A stretch of 64,000 bases of DNA from contig JAYPQH010000018.1 of NCBI GenBank assembly GCA_038131935.1, positions 128,001-192,000 of the forward strand, given 5' to 3'. Below are positions 55,371-64,000 of the stretch, piece after piece. The position numbers were made by a program, and so were the translations under genes. The notes beneath the pieces are model-generated. The model saw only the letters and a list, made by a program, of their open reading frames with translations, searched no databases and was not told where the DNA came from. Each line of letters begins with the position of its first letter. Within the stretch, counting starts at the first letter, position 1. The stretch is from Alphaproteobacteria bacterium (GTDB lineage Bacteria; Pseudomonadota; Alphaproteobacteria; UBA8317).

Positions 55371-56662
55371 TGGATCATTTTACGTATCGTGAGGGCATCT
55401 TGCATGCCGAAGACATCCCCTTGCCCGCCTTGGCAGCCCAGGTAGGCACCCCTTTTTACGTTTATGCCCAATCTACCCTCACCCACCATTACCATGTCTT
55501 TGTGGATGCCTTTGCCCGTCATGACATTCATAATATTTTGGTGGCCTATGCGGTCAAAGCCAACAGCAATATCGCGGTGCTCAAATGCTTGGCCCAATCT
55601 GGCGCTGGCGCTGATGTGGTGTCGGCGGGAGAATTGGCCAGGGCGCTACATGCTGGCATCCCAGCAAAGCGCATCGTGTTCTCAGGTGTTGGAAAGACCT
55701 CTGATGAATTGGCTTTTGCCCTACGCCAGGGCATTGGGATGATCAATGTAGAATCAATCCCAGAATTGCATCTGCTGAACCAGGTTGCCCAAGATTGCCA
55801 GATGACAGCACCTGTTTCGATCCGCATCAATCCAGATGTGGATGCTCAGACCCATGCCAAGATCGCCACAGGAAAAAAAGAGACCAAATTCGGCATCAAT
55901 ATCGATCAAGCCCCTGCTGTTTTTGCCTTGGGTCAATCCCTCCCCCATCTGGCCATGATCGGGGTGGACATGCATATCGGCTCCCAATTAACCCAGCTGG
56001 AGCCCTTTGCCACCGCCACAGATCTTTTGTTGGATATGGTTCGTCATTTGCGCAACCAAGGCCATGCGATCAGCCACATAGATCTTGGAGGAGGTTTGGG
56101 GATTTCTTACGACCAAGATCAGGCCCCACCACCCTCTCCTGATGCCTATGCTGCGGTCCTTGCGCCCAAAATCAAAGGGATTGATGCCACCATTGCGTTT
56201 GAACCAGGACGGTTGATTGCTGGCAATGCAGGGCTTTTGGTCAGCCAGGTGATTTATGAAAAACCCACCGCCGCTAAAAACTTTTTGATTATTGATGCGG
56301 CCATGAATGATCTTATGCGCCCAGCTCTTTATGATGCACATCATGAGATCCAGCCTGTATGTGCCCAAGATGCAGATCATCTGGTGGATGTGGTTGGTCC
56401 TGTCTGTGAAACAGGAGACATTTTTGCCAAGCAGATCATGCTCCCCCATCTCAAAGAAGGTGATTTGGTCGCCCTCAGATCTGCAGGTGCGTATGGTGCC
56501 GTGATGGCAAGTGAATACAACACCCGTCCCCTCATACCCGAAGTGATGGTCTATCAAGATCGTTGGGCTTTGATCCGCCGCCGCCCAACGTTTGAAGAAA
56601 TGATCGAGCGGGAATCATTTGCCCCCTGGCAAACGACGCCTTCAAAAACATCTAACCCTTAA
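55367..56662 (+). CDS. lysA: Diaminopimelate decarboxylase
   Basis: YAVKAN, HIGSQ, DLGGG, EPGR, GPVCETGD, GAYG. Confidence 0.97.
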   Translation: MMDHFTYREGILHAEDIPLPALAAQVGTPFYVYAQSTLTHHYHVFVDAFARHDIHNILVAYAVKANSNIAVLKCLAQSGAGADVVSAGELARALHAGIPAKRIVFSGVGKTSDELAFALRQGIGMINVESIPELHLLNQVAQDCQMTAPVSIRINPDVDAQTHAKIATGKKETKFGINIDQAPAVFALGQSLPHLAMIGVDMHIGSQLTQLEPFATATDLLLDMVRHLRNQGHAISHIDLGGGLGISYDQDQAPPPSPDAYAAVLAPKIKGIDATIAFEPGRLIAGNAGLLVSQVIYEKPTAAKNFLIIDAAMNDLMRPALYDAHHEIQPVCAQDADHLVDVVGPVCETGDIFAKQIMLPHLKEGDLVALRSAGAYGAVMASEYNTRPLIPEVMVYQDRWALIRRRPTFEEMIERESFAPWQTTPSKTSNP

Positions 56663-56944
56663 CGCCACCATGTGGATTTGAAAGAAAAGAGACAGACAAG
56701 CCAGCCTACAACAGAAATGAGCCTTGAGGGATGAACGTTTCTTCCTTTTGTCTCACACCAGCTTGGTGATCAAAAAAAAATCGCCCCTGGAGTTCTGTTC
56801 CCAAATGCGACGCATGGCCAAAAACAGCGATAGGATCCGTTGAGAAAAGATTGTATTTGTCAAAGAGATTGTTCTTTGCCCTTGTGTCTCATGTGAAGAA
56901 GGTTACATTACCCCCAACATATTGACCAATCAGAGGAACCCATC

Positions 56945-57817
56945 ATGGCCCAGGAATTATCTGCTTATAGCCCCGCTGAAGTTTGGCATTGGGATGCCGA
57001 AAATGGTGGCGAATTCGCCTCTATTAACCGCCCCATTGCAGGCCCTACCCATGAAAAAGAACTCCCCTTGGGCAAGCATCCCTTCCAACTTTACTCCCTT
57101 GCGACACCCAATGGTGTCAAGGTGACGGTGATGTTTGAAGAATTGCTCGCCGCAGGTCATCAAGACGCAGAATATGATGCCTGGCTGATCAATATTCGCG
57201 AAGGTCAACAGTTTTCTAGCGGGTTCGTAGATGTGAACCCCAACTCCAAGATACCGGCTCTATTGGACCGCTCAGGTGCCGAACCAGTGCGGGTTTTTGA
57301 ATCAGGTGCCATCCTGCTGCATTTGGCAGAAAAATTTCAAGCCTTCATGCCCAGCGGATCCCAACGCGCGGAAATCCTCTCTTGGTTGTTTTGGCAAATG
57401 GGCAGTGCCCCTTACCTCGGCGGTGGCTTTGGACATTTTTATGCCTACGCCCCCATGAAAATCGAATATGCGATTGACCGTTTTACCATGGAGACCAAGC
57501 GTCAATTGGATGTGCTTGAGCGTGAACTGACCAAAAACCCCTTCATTGGCGGTGATCAATACAGCATTGCGGACATGGCCATTTGGGCATGGTATGGTCA
57601 GTTGGTGTTGGGACGCCTTTACAATGCGGCAACATTTTTGGATGTGGATCATTATAAAGCGGTGAAGGACTGGGCAGAAAAGATCAACGCACGTCCCGCA
57701 GTTCTGCGCGGCCGCATGGTGAACAAAATTGTTGGTGCCCCTGAACTGCAATTGCATGAACGCCATGACGCATCGGATTTTGAAAGCAAAACCCAAGACA
57801 AACTGGGATCAGCGTAA
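56945..57817 (+). CDS. yghU: Glutathione-dependent disulfide-bond oxidoreductase (Nu-class GST)
   Basis: INRPIAG, LYSLATPNGVK, NPNSKIP, FESGAIL, LHERHDASDF. Confidence 0.92.
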   Translation: MAQELSAYSPAEVWHWDAENGGEFASINRPIAGPTHEKELPLGKHPFQLYSLATPNGVKVTVMFEELLAAGHQDAEYDAWLINIREGQQFSSGFVDVNPNSKIPALLDRSGAEPVRVFESGAILLHLAEKFQAFMPSGSQRAEILSWLFWQMGSAPYLGGGFGHFYAYAPMKIEYAIDRFTMETKRQLDVLERELTKNPFIGGDQYSIADMAIWAWYGQLVLGRLYNAATFLDVDHYKAVKDWAEKINARPAVLRGRMVNKIVGAPELQLHERHDASDFESKTQDKLGSA

Positions 57818-57970
57818 TAGCCCTCTTTGGGTCAGATTGCCGCGATAACCTTCGGTCACTTGAAAGTACTTGGGCTGGGGGATTGGGTTGAGCTACCAAG
57901 GCATTAAGGATTAGAATGAGGCCAGCAAAAAAGGCCACAAAAAAAGGCCACAAAAAAAAGGAAAACAGCT

Positions 57971-59190
57971 ATGAATTCACAACCTCAGGATATCAAAGCC
58001 GAGGCGCAACCGAAAGAAACCAAAGCGGTGTTCAATTGGGAAGATCCGTTTCTTCTTGATGATCAATTGTCAGAAGACGAGCGCATGGTTCGTGACACAG
58101 CTCGTGAATATGCCCAAGCAAAACTTCAACCTCGGGTTCGTTCCGCATTTGAGGAAGAGAGATTTGACCGTGAAATCATGAACGAACTGGGTGAGTTGGG
58201 CCTCTTGGGCAGCACCATCCCTGAAACCTATGGCTGTGCGGGTGTGAACCATGTTTGTTATGGTTTGGTTGCCCGAGAAATCGAGCGGGTGGATTCTGGC
58301 TATCGTTCTGCCATGTCGGTGCAATCTTCCCTCGTGATGCATCCTATTTATAGCTTCGGTTCTGAAAGAACAGCGTCAGAAATTTTTGCCAAAATTGGCG
58401 ACCGGTGAATGGGTTGGCTGTTTTGGTTTAACCGAACCTGATTATGGTTCAGATCCAGGTTCCATGCGCACCGTGCGGAACCGGTTGATGGTGGTATCTG
58501 TTAACCGGCAACAAAATGTGGATCTCAAATTCTCCGATTGCTGATGTTGCTGTTGTTTGGGGCAAATTAAATGGTGAGATCCGTGGCTTCTTGGTAGAAC
58601 GTGGCATGGAAGGTTTTTCCACCCCAAAAATTGAAGGCAAGCTATCTTTACGCGCCTCCATCACAGGCGAAATCGTGTTGGACAATTGTTTTGTTCCTGA
58701 AGAAAATCTTCTACCCCATGTTAAGGGGTTAAAAGGGCCCTTCAGCTGCTTGAACAAGGCCCGTTTTGGCATTGCCTGGGGTGCTTTGGGGGCTGCAGAG
58801 TTCTGCTGGACAGCAGCCAGGCAATACACCATGGATCGGCAACAATTTGGACGACCCTTGGCTGCCAACCAGCTCATCCAAAAGAAACTTGCAGATATGC
58901 AAACCGAGATCAGCTTAGGGTTACAAGGCTGCCTGCGGGTAGGTCGTATGCTCGATGACAAAACATGTGCGGTTGAAAATATTTCTCTGATCAAGCGCAA
59001 TTCTTGTGGCAAAGCGCTTGATATCGCACGCATGGCGCGTGACATGCATGGTGGCAACGGGATTTCCGGTGAGTATCATGTCATCCGCCATATGGTGAAC
59101 CTTGAAACGGTCAACACCTATGAAGGCACCCATGATGTACATGCGCTTATTTTGGGCCGTGCACAAACAGGTCTTCAAGCATTCTGCTGA
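57971..59190 (+). CDS. gcdH: Glutaryl-CoA dehydrogenase (three 1-nt indels, 58365-58500)
   Basis: [51 protein letters not shown]. Confidence 0.9.
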
Positions 59191-59275
59191 TCACAGGCAT
59201 TTAAAGATCATAAAGAACAAAAGGCCTGAAATAAAATTAAATAAATAGGCCCAAAAAGATGAAGGCCCAAGATAG

Positions 59276-59306
59276 ATAAAAGGGATGTCTAAGCATCCCT
59301 TTTTAT
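59276..59306 (+). terminator. Intrinsic terminator after gcdH (bidirectional)
   Basis: ATAAAAGGGATG-tctaag-CATCCCTTTTTAT. Confidence 0.8.
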
Positions 59307-59506
59307 TGTGACCTGCATTCAATTTCTAAGGGCTTTGTTCTTGATGTTCGCAAACATTGATCGCGCAAAATCTCAATCTATCGTGAAGACCCAAGCCACC
59401 ATTGCAAGATGGCTCACGGCATTTCTTGCCATTGCCCTTCAGACAGCCGCCCCCTGAGACAGCACGGGCGCAAATATAGACATCTTCTTGAGAAAAAGCG
59501 CGCAAC

Positions 59507-59540
59507 AAAAAAGGGCGCACAGGTAAGAATATACGCCCTT
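59507..59540 (-). terminator. Intrinsic terminator after rpmB
   Basis: AAGGGCGTATA-loop-TGTGCGCCCTTTTTT on minus strand. Confidence 0.75.
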
Positions 59541-59572
59541 GTTTTTTGAAATTTGTAAAATGTTGTTAAGAT

Positions 59573-59848
59573 TTACGCAGTAGCGATCGCTTTTTTGACC
59601 TTGCGTGCCGCATCAGACAACAGATCATCCTTGGCTTTGGCAAGGTACATATCCAAACCACCAACCTTGTCCACAGTACGGATCGCACGGGTAGAAACCT
59701 TAAAGGTGAAACGACGGCCAAGCTTTTCGCTCTCAAACGTCACATTGTTGAGGTTGGGTAAGTAGCGGCGGCGAGTTCTGTTGTTGGCATGAGACACATT
59801 GTTTCCGGTTAACACACCTTTACCAGTCAATTCACAACGACGTGCCAT
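59573..59848 (-). CDS. rpmB: 50S ribosomal protein L28
   Basis: [30 protein letters not shown]. Confidence 0.98.
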   Translation of the reverse strand: MARRCELTGKGVLTGNNVSHANNRTRRRYLPNLNNVTFESEKLGRRFTFKVSTRAIRTVDKVGGLDMYLAKAKDDLLSDAARKVKKAIATA

Positions 59849-60024
59849 GGCACACTCCTTACATGTTCTTAGACGTTGCCTCGTGCAACATCATTTTTTC
59901 GTAAACTTCATCTTGCATAATGCTTTTCACATCATGGACATCCAAACATTCAGGCCATCGAACGCCGAACAAGCCATTTAGCTATCCATGAAAGCGGTTC
60001 ATTACCCTCATGCGCCCTTGTCCG

Positions 60025-61004
60025 TCAAGCCGTTTTCATATCCAACCAAGCCAACATATCTCCCACCGCAGAGGAAGGGCTACGCTCACCGCGATGTATA
60101 TCATCTTTGAGCTGCATTAATTGATTTTGTATCTCGAGGTCACGCGCAAAACGTTGCCATACAGCAGCTTGCAATTGATTGGTGAAGGCGTCCACGGCTT
60201 GTGTTTGTCGTTGTCTTGTAAACTCACCACTATCACGAAGTTTTCCAATGGCATCTTCGACCAAGGACCAAAGCTCTGGCACACCATCACCTGTCAATGC
60301 AGAGAGTTTCATGACTTGTGGTTGCCATGCTTGAAACCTTGGCCGCATCAACCGTAACGCTGAGGCGTGATCGGCCACGGCACGTTGGGCAGCGGGCAAA
60401 AGGTCACCATCAGCTTTGTTGACCGCCACCAGATCCGCCAATTCCATAATGCCACGCTTGATGCCTTGCAATTCATCACCCCCGCCTGGGGATAACAAGA
60501 GAACAAACAAATCACTCAACTCGGCAACCGCTGTTTCTGATTGCCCCACCCCAACAGTCTCAACCAACACAACATCAAAGCCTGCAGCTTCCACCAACGC
60601 GATGGCGTCGGGTATGTCTGGCCACCCCCTAAAAAACCCACCTGAGGGGGACGGACGGATATAGGCCATGGGATGTCGTGCCAAGCGCTCCATCCGGGTT
60701 TTATCACCCAAAATAGATCCCCCCGTCCGCTGGGAACTTGGATCTACCGCCAACACCGCTACTTTATGGCCTTGCTCCACCAAATGAAGCCCCAAACATT
60801 CAATAAAGGTAGATTTACCCACCCCTGGTGTTCCACTAAGCCCCAGCCTTATGCTGACGGAACTGTTGGCAGTTGGTCCAACAAGTCATGAGCTTGTGCC
60901 TGATGTTGGAGATTTGAGGACTCGACCAGCGTGATAGCGCGTGCGAGCACCCGCCGATCACCATTGGCCAAGCCTTCAAGATATTTGTCTGTGCCCAGCA
61001 CCAA
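60025..61004 (-). CDS. meaB: Methylmalonyl-CoA mutase-associated GTPase MeaB (indels near 60860 and 60615-60640)
   Basis: GDRRVLARAITLVES, G.PGVGKST, VDPSS..TGGSILGDKTRM, ETVGVGQSE, NKAD. Confidence 0.92.
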
Positions 61005-63143
61005 TCACCCTCTTGCTTCCAGCAAATCAATGATATCTTGAGCAGCTTTGGGGATAGAGGTCCCAGGACCAAATATTGCCGCCACCCCTGCAGCCTTTAA
61101 AAAATCATAATCTTGGGCGGGGATAACCCCCCCACATACCACCAAGACGTCGCCTGCACCTTTATCTTTGAGCGCATCGATCAATTCAGGGATTAAGGTT
61201 TTATGGCCAGCGGCTTGGGATGATATACCCACCACATGGACATCATTATCGATGGCGTCTTGTGCTGCTTCTTCTGGGGTTTGGAACAAAGGCCCCACAT
61301 CAATGTCAAAGCCTGCATCTGCAAATGCCGTTGCAATCACCTTTGCACCACGGTCATGACCATCTTGCCCCAATTTGGCAACCAGCATCCTTGGACGGCG
61401 GCCCTCATGCTCAGCAAATTGATCCAAGCGGGATTTAAGTTCTGCAAAACCCTCATCAGCGCCATACGCATCACCATAAACCCCTGAGATGGAGCGAATT
61501 TCTGCGCGATGCCGACCGAACACAGATTCCATGGCATCAGAAATCTCACCCACTGTCGCCCGAGCGCGTGCACAAGGAATAGCAGCTTCAAGCAGGTTTC
61601 CACCTTCTTTGGCCACTTGGGCCAAATGCGCCAAGGCTTGTTGGCAAGCCGCCTCATCACGTGTTGAACGTATCTGGTTCAGCCTTGCAATTTGGGCTTC
61701 ACGAACCTTGGTGTTATCAATATCCAAAATATCTATGGGGTCTTGGCTCGTAGGTTGATACTTGTTCACCCCAACGATGATCTCTTCGCCCCGGTCAATA
61801 GAGGCTTGTTTGCGTGCAGCCGCTTCTTCAATCCGGAGTTTGGGAATACCTTGCTCCACAGCTTTGGTCATCCCACCCATGGCTTCGATATCTTGAATAA
61901 TCGCCCAAGCATCATCCACCAACTGCTTGGTCAAGCTCTCTATATAATAAGATCCACCCAACGGATCGACCACCTTGGTCACCCCGGTCTCATGCTGCAA
62001 AATCAACTGGGTATTCCGTGCGATGCGTGATGAGAATGCCGTGGGCAGCGCAATTGCTTCATCAAAGGAGTTGGTGTGCAAAGATTGGGTTCCACCCAAC
62101 ACCGCTGCCATGGCTTCCACCGCCGTGCGCACCACATTGTTGTAAGGATCTTGCTCGGTCAAAGATACACCCGAGGTCTGACAATGGGTACGCAACATGA
62201 GGCTTGCGGGCTTTTGCGGTTCAAAAGGCTTCATCACGCGCGCCCAAAGGGTTCGGGCAGCACGCAATTTGGCAATCTCCATGAAAAAATTCATGCCAAT
62301 GGCAAAGAAAAACGACAATCTGGGGGCAAAAGCATCAACATCCAACCCCGTGGAACGCGCGGCACGCACATATTCCAAACCATCTGCGATGGTGTAGGCA
62401 AGTTCTTGAACCTGCGTCGCACCTGCTTCTTGCATGTGGTAACCAGAAATCGAAATCGAATTGAATTTCGGCATATGGGCTGATGTGTAGCCAATGATAT
62501 CTGCAATAATCCGCATGGAGGGCTCAGGGGGGTAGATATAGGTGTTGCGAACCATAAATTCCTTCAGAATATCATTCTGAATGGTACCAGAGAGTTGCGC
62601 AACAGACGCACCTTGTTCTTCACCTGCTACAATAAAGTTTGCCAAGGTTGGAATCACAGCTCCATTCATGGTCATTGATACAGACATCTCAGAGAGCGGA
62701 ATCCCATCGAACAAAATCTTCATATCTTCGACGGAGTCAATTGCCACACCCGCTTTACCGACATCGCCTGCAACTCTTGGATGGTCGGAATCATACCCAC
62801 GATGGGTGGCCAAATCAAAGGCTACAGACAAGCCTTTTTGGCCTGACTCCAAGGCTTTGCGGTAAAAAGCATTTGACTCTTCTGCAGTAGAGAAGCCTGC
62901 ATACTGACGTATCGTCCAGGGACGACCTGCATACATGCTTGCACGAACCCCACGGGTGTAAGGTGCAAAACCTGGCATTTGATTGACAAAGTCTGCATCC
63001 ACGTCTTCGGCCGTGTATAAAGGCTTGATTTCAATTCCCTCTGGGGTGTCCCAGTTTAACGAAGACAATGGTCGATCGCGTAATTCCTTCTGGGCTAATG
63101 CTTCCCAGTCTGACCGACTTTTCTTATCAAAACCCTCAGCCAT
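61005..63143 (-). CDS. scpA: Methylmalonyl-CoA mutase
   Basis: [36 protein letters not shown]12-binding GQDGHDRG. Confidence 0.97.
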   Translation of the reverse strand: MAEGFDKKSRSDWEALAQKELRDRPLSSLNWDTPEGIEIKPLYTAEDVDADFVNQMPGFAPYTRGVRASMYAGRPWTIRQYAGFSTAEESNAFYRKALESGQKGLSVAFDLATHRGYDSDHPRVAGDVGKAGVAIDSVEDMKILFDGIPLSEMSVSMTMNGAVIPTLANFIVAGEEQGASVAQLSGTIQNDILKEFMVRNTYIYPPEPSMRIIADIIGYTSAHMPKFNSISISGYHMQEAGATQVQELAYTIADGLEYVRAARSTGLDVDAFAPRLSFFFAIGMNFFMEIAKLRAARTLWARVMKPFEPQKPASLMLRTHCQTSGVSLTEQDPYNNVVRTAVEAMAAVLGGTQSLHTNSFDEAIALPTAFSSRIARNTQLILQHETGVTKVVDPLGGSYYIESLTKQLVDDAWAIIQDIEAMGGMTKAVEQGIPKLRIEEAAARKQASIDRGEEIIVGVNKYQPTSQDPIDILDIDNTKVREAQIARLNQIRSTRDEAACQQALAHLAQVAKEGGNLLEAAIPCARARATVGEISDAMESVFGRHRAEIRSISGVYGDAYGADEGFAELKSRLDQFAEHEGRRPRMLVAKLGQDGHDRGAKVIATAFADAGFDIDVGPLFQTPEEAAQDAIDNDVHVVGISSQAAGHKTLIPELIDALKDKGAGDVLVVCGGVIPAQDYDFLKAAGVAAIFGPGTSIPKAAQDIIDLLEARG

Positions 63144-63381
63144 GTTTCTTCACCTCGTAATGTCAATGATGTCAACAGGTCAGATGTGATCCTTTTGCAC
63201 GCCAAGGTCAACCAATCTCTCACTTTTGTGAGACCAAAGGCAAAAAAAGACCTTTATCTGAGAAGAATGTGAAGCAACATTTGGCTTTCCGGCGTAATGG
63301 GGTTACAACAGGCCTGACACAAATGGCGATGACCAACCCTAGAAGACGTGGTCGAAGGGGATGGCAACGAAAGAGGCAATA

Positions 63382-64000
63382 ATGGCAGGGGTATCAGATC
63401 AAGCGCGTCCGGGTTGGATCACTGCCGTTTTGGGCCCCACCAATACAGGCAAAACCCATTATGCCGTTACCCGAATGCTGGCCAATCCCACAGGAATGAT
63501 CGGCTTACCGTTGCGTCTACTTGCACGGGAAGTGTATGACCGCGTGGTCGCACGCGTAGGTGCAGCCAGTACGGCTTTGATGACGGGAGAAGAAAAAATC
63601 ATCCCCAAAAATGTTCGTTTTTGGGTTTGTACGGTTGAATCCATGCCCATGGATATCTCCGTCGACTTTTTGGCGGTCGATGAGATCCAACTTGCCCAAG
63701 ATCCCGAGCGCGGCCATGTTTTTACGGATCGACTGCTGCATGCCAGAGGACGTCATGAGACCATGTTCATGGGTGCCTCGACCATGGCACCTTTATTGCA
63801 GCGTTTAGTACCTGAATTAACCATCCAATCACGCGAACGCATGTCCACATTGAGTTATGGGGGGATCAAAAAAATATCCCGCCTCCCCCGACGCTCTGCC
63901 ATCGTGGCGTTCTCGGCCAACGAGGTCTACGAAATCGCGGAGTGGATCAGGCGGCAAAAAGGCGGAGCTGCAGTGGTATTGGGAGCTTTGTCCCCACGCA
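63382..64000 (+). CDS. SUV3-like ATP-dependent helicase (partial, runs off the right edge)
   Basis: AVLGPTNTGKTHYA, PLRLLAREVY, TGEE, CTVE, VDEIQ, RGHVFTDRLL. Confidence 0.9.
   Translation, partial: MAGVSDQARPGWITAVLGPTNTGKTHYAVTRMLANPTGMIGLPLRLLAREVYDRVVARVGAASTALMTGEEKIIPKNVRFWVCTVESMPMDISVDFLAVDEIQLAQDPERGHVFTDRLLHARGRHETMFMGASTMAPLLQRLVPELTIQSRERMSTLSYGGIKKISRLPRRSAIVAFSANEVYEIAEWIRRQKGGAAVVLGALSPR

Noticed and set aside
57919-57960. Tandem AAAAAAGGCCAC repeats upstream of gcdH (similar AGGCC motifs at ~59220-59270)
   Set aside because: Only two to three low-complexity copies with no spacers; not CRISPR or a recognisable element

Overview
Mostly core chromosome of an alphaproteobacterium, judged from the 16S/23S sequence and typical alphaproteobacterial gene order. 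Left end (1-5.2 kb): an accessory catabolic module (TAXI-type TRAP receptor, RpiR regulator, class III aminotransferase, HpxW/GGT-like Ntn-hydrolase) with twin palindromic operators. 5.2-7.1 kb: a small, visibly more GC-rich, decayed island just 3' of tRNA-fMet. It holds an excisionase-like remnant and a hipBA module whose hipA has one in-frame TGA at the boundary between the N-terminal and kinase domains (HipBST-like split). 7.2-12.8 kb: a complete minus-strand rRNA operon (16S, tRNA-Ile, tRNA-Ala, 23S, 5S, tRNA-fMet) whose 23S has intervening sequences at helix 9 and helix 45. The rest is housekeeping (clpB, prmC-prfA-ispG-rodZ-ptsP-lysC, ubiG, argJ, secA, accA, xerD, aroKB, cobST, argH-lysA, gcdH, rpmB, meaB-scpA, SUV3-like helicase) with a few inserted enzymes (orphan CoxL-like subunit, type II-like FMO). 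Many essential genes have 1-2 nt indels, mostly in homopolymer runs, which most likely reflect unpolished long-read assembly errors. No CRISPR array, transposase or prophage was seen, and no clearly new multi-gene system could be established from sequence alone.
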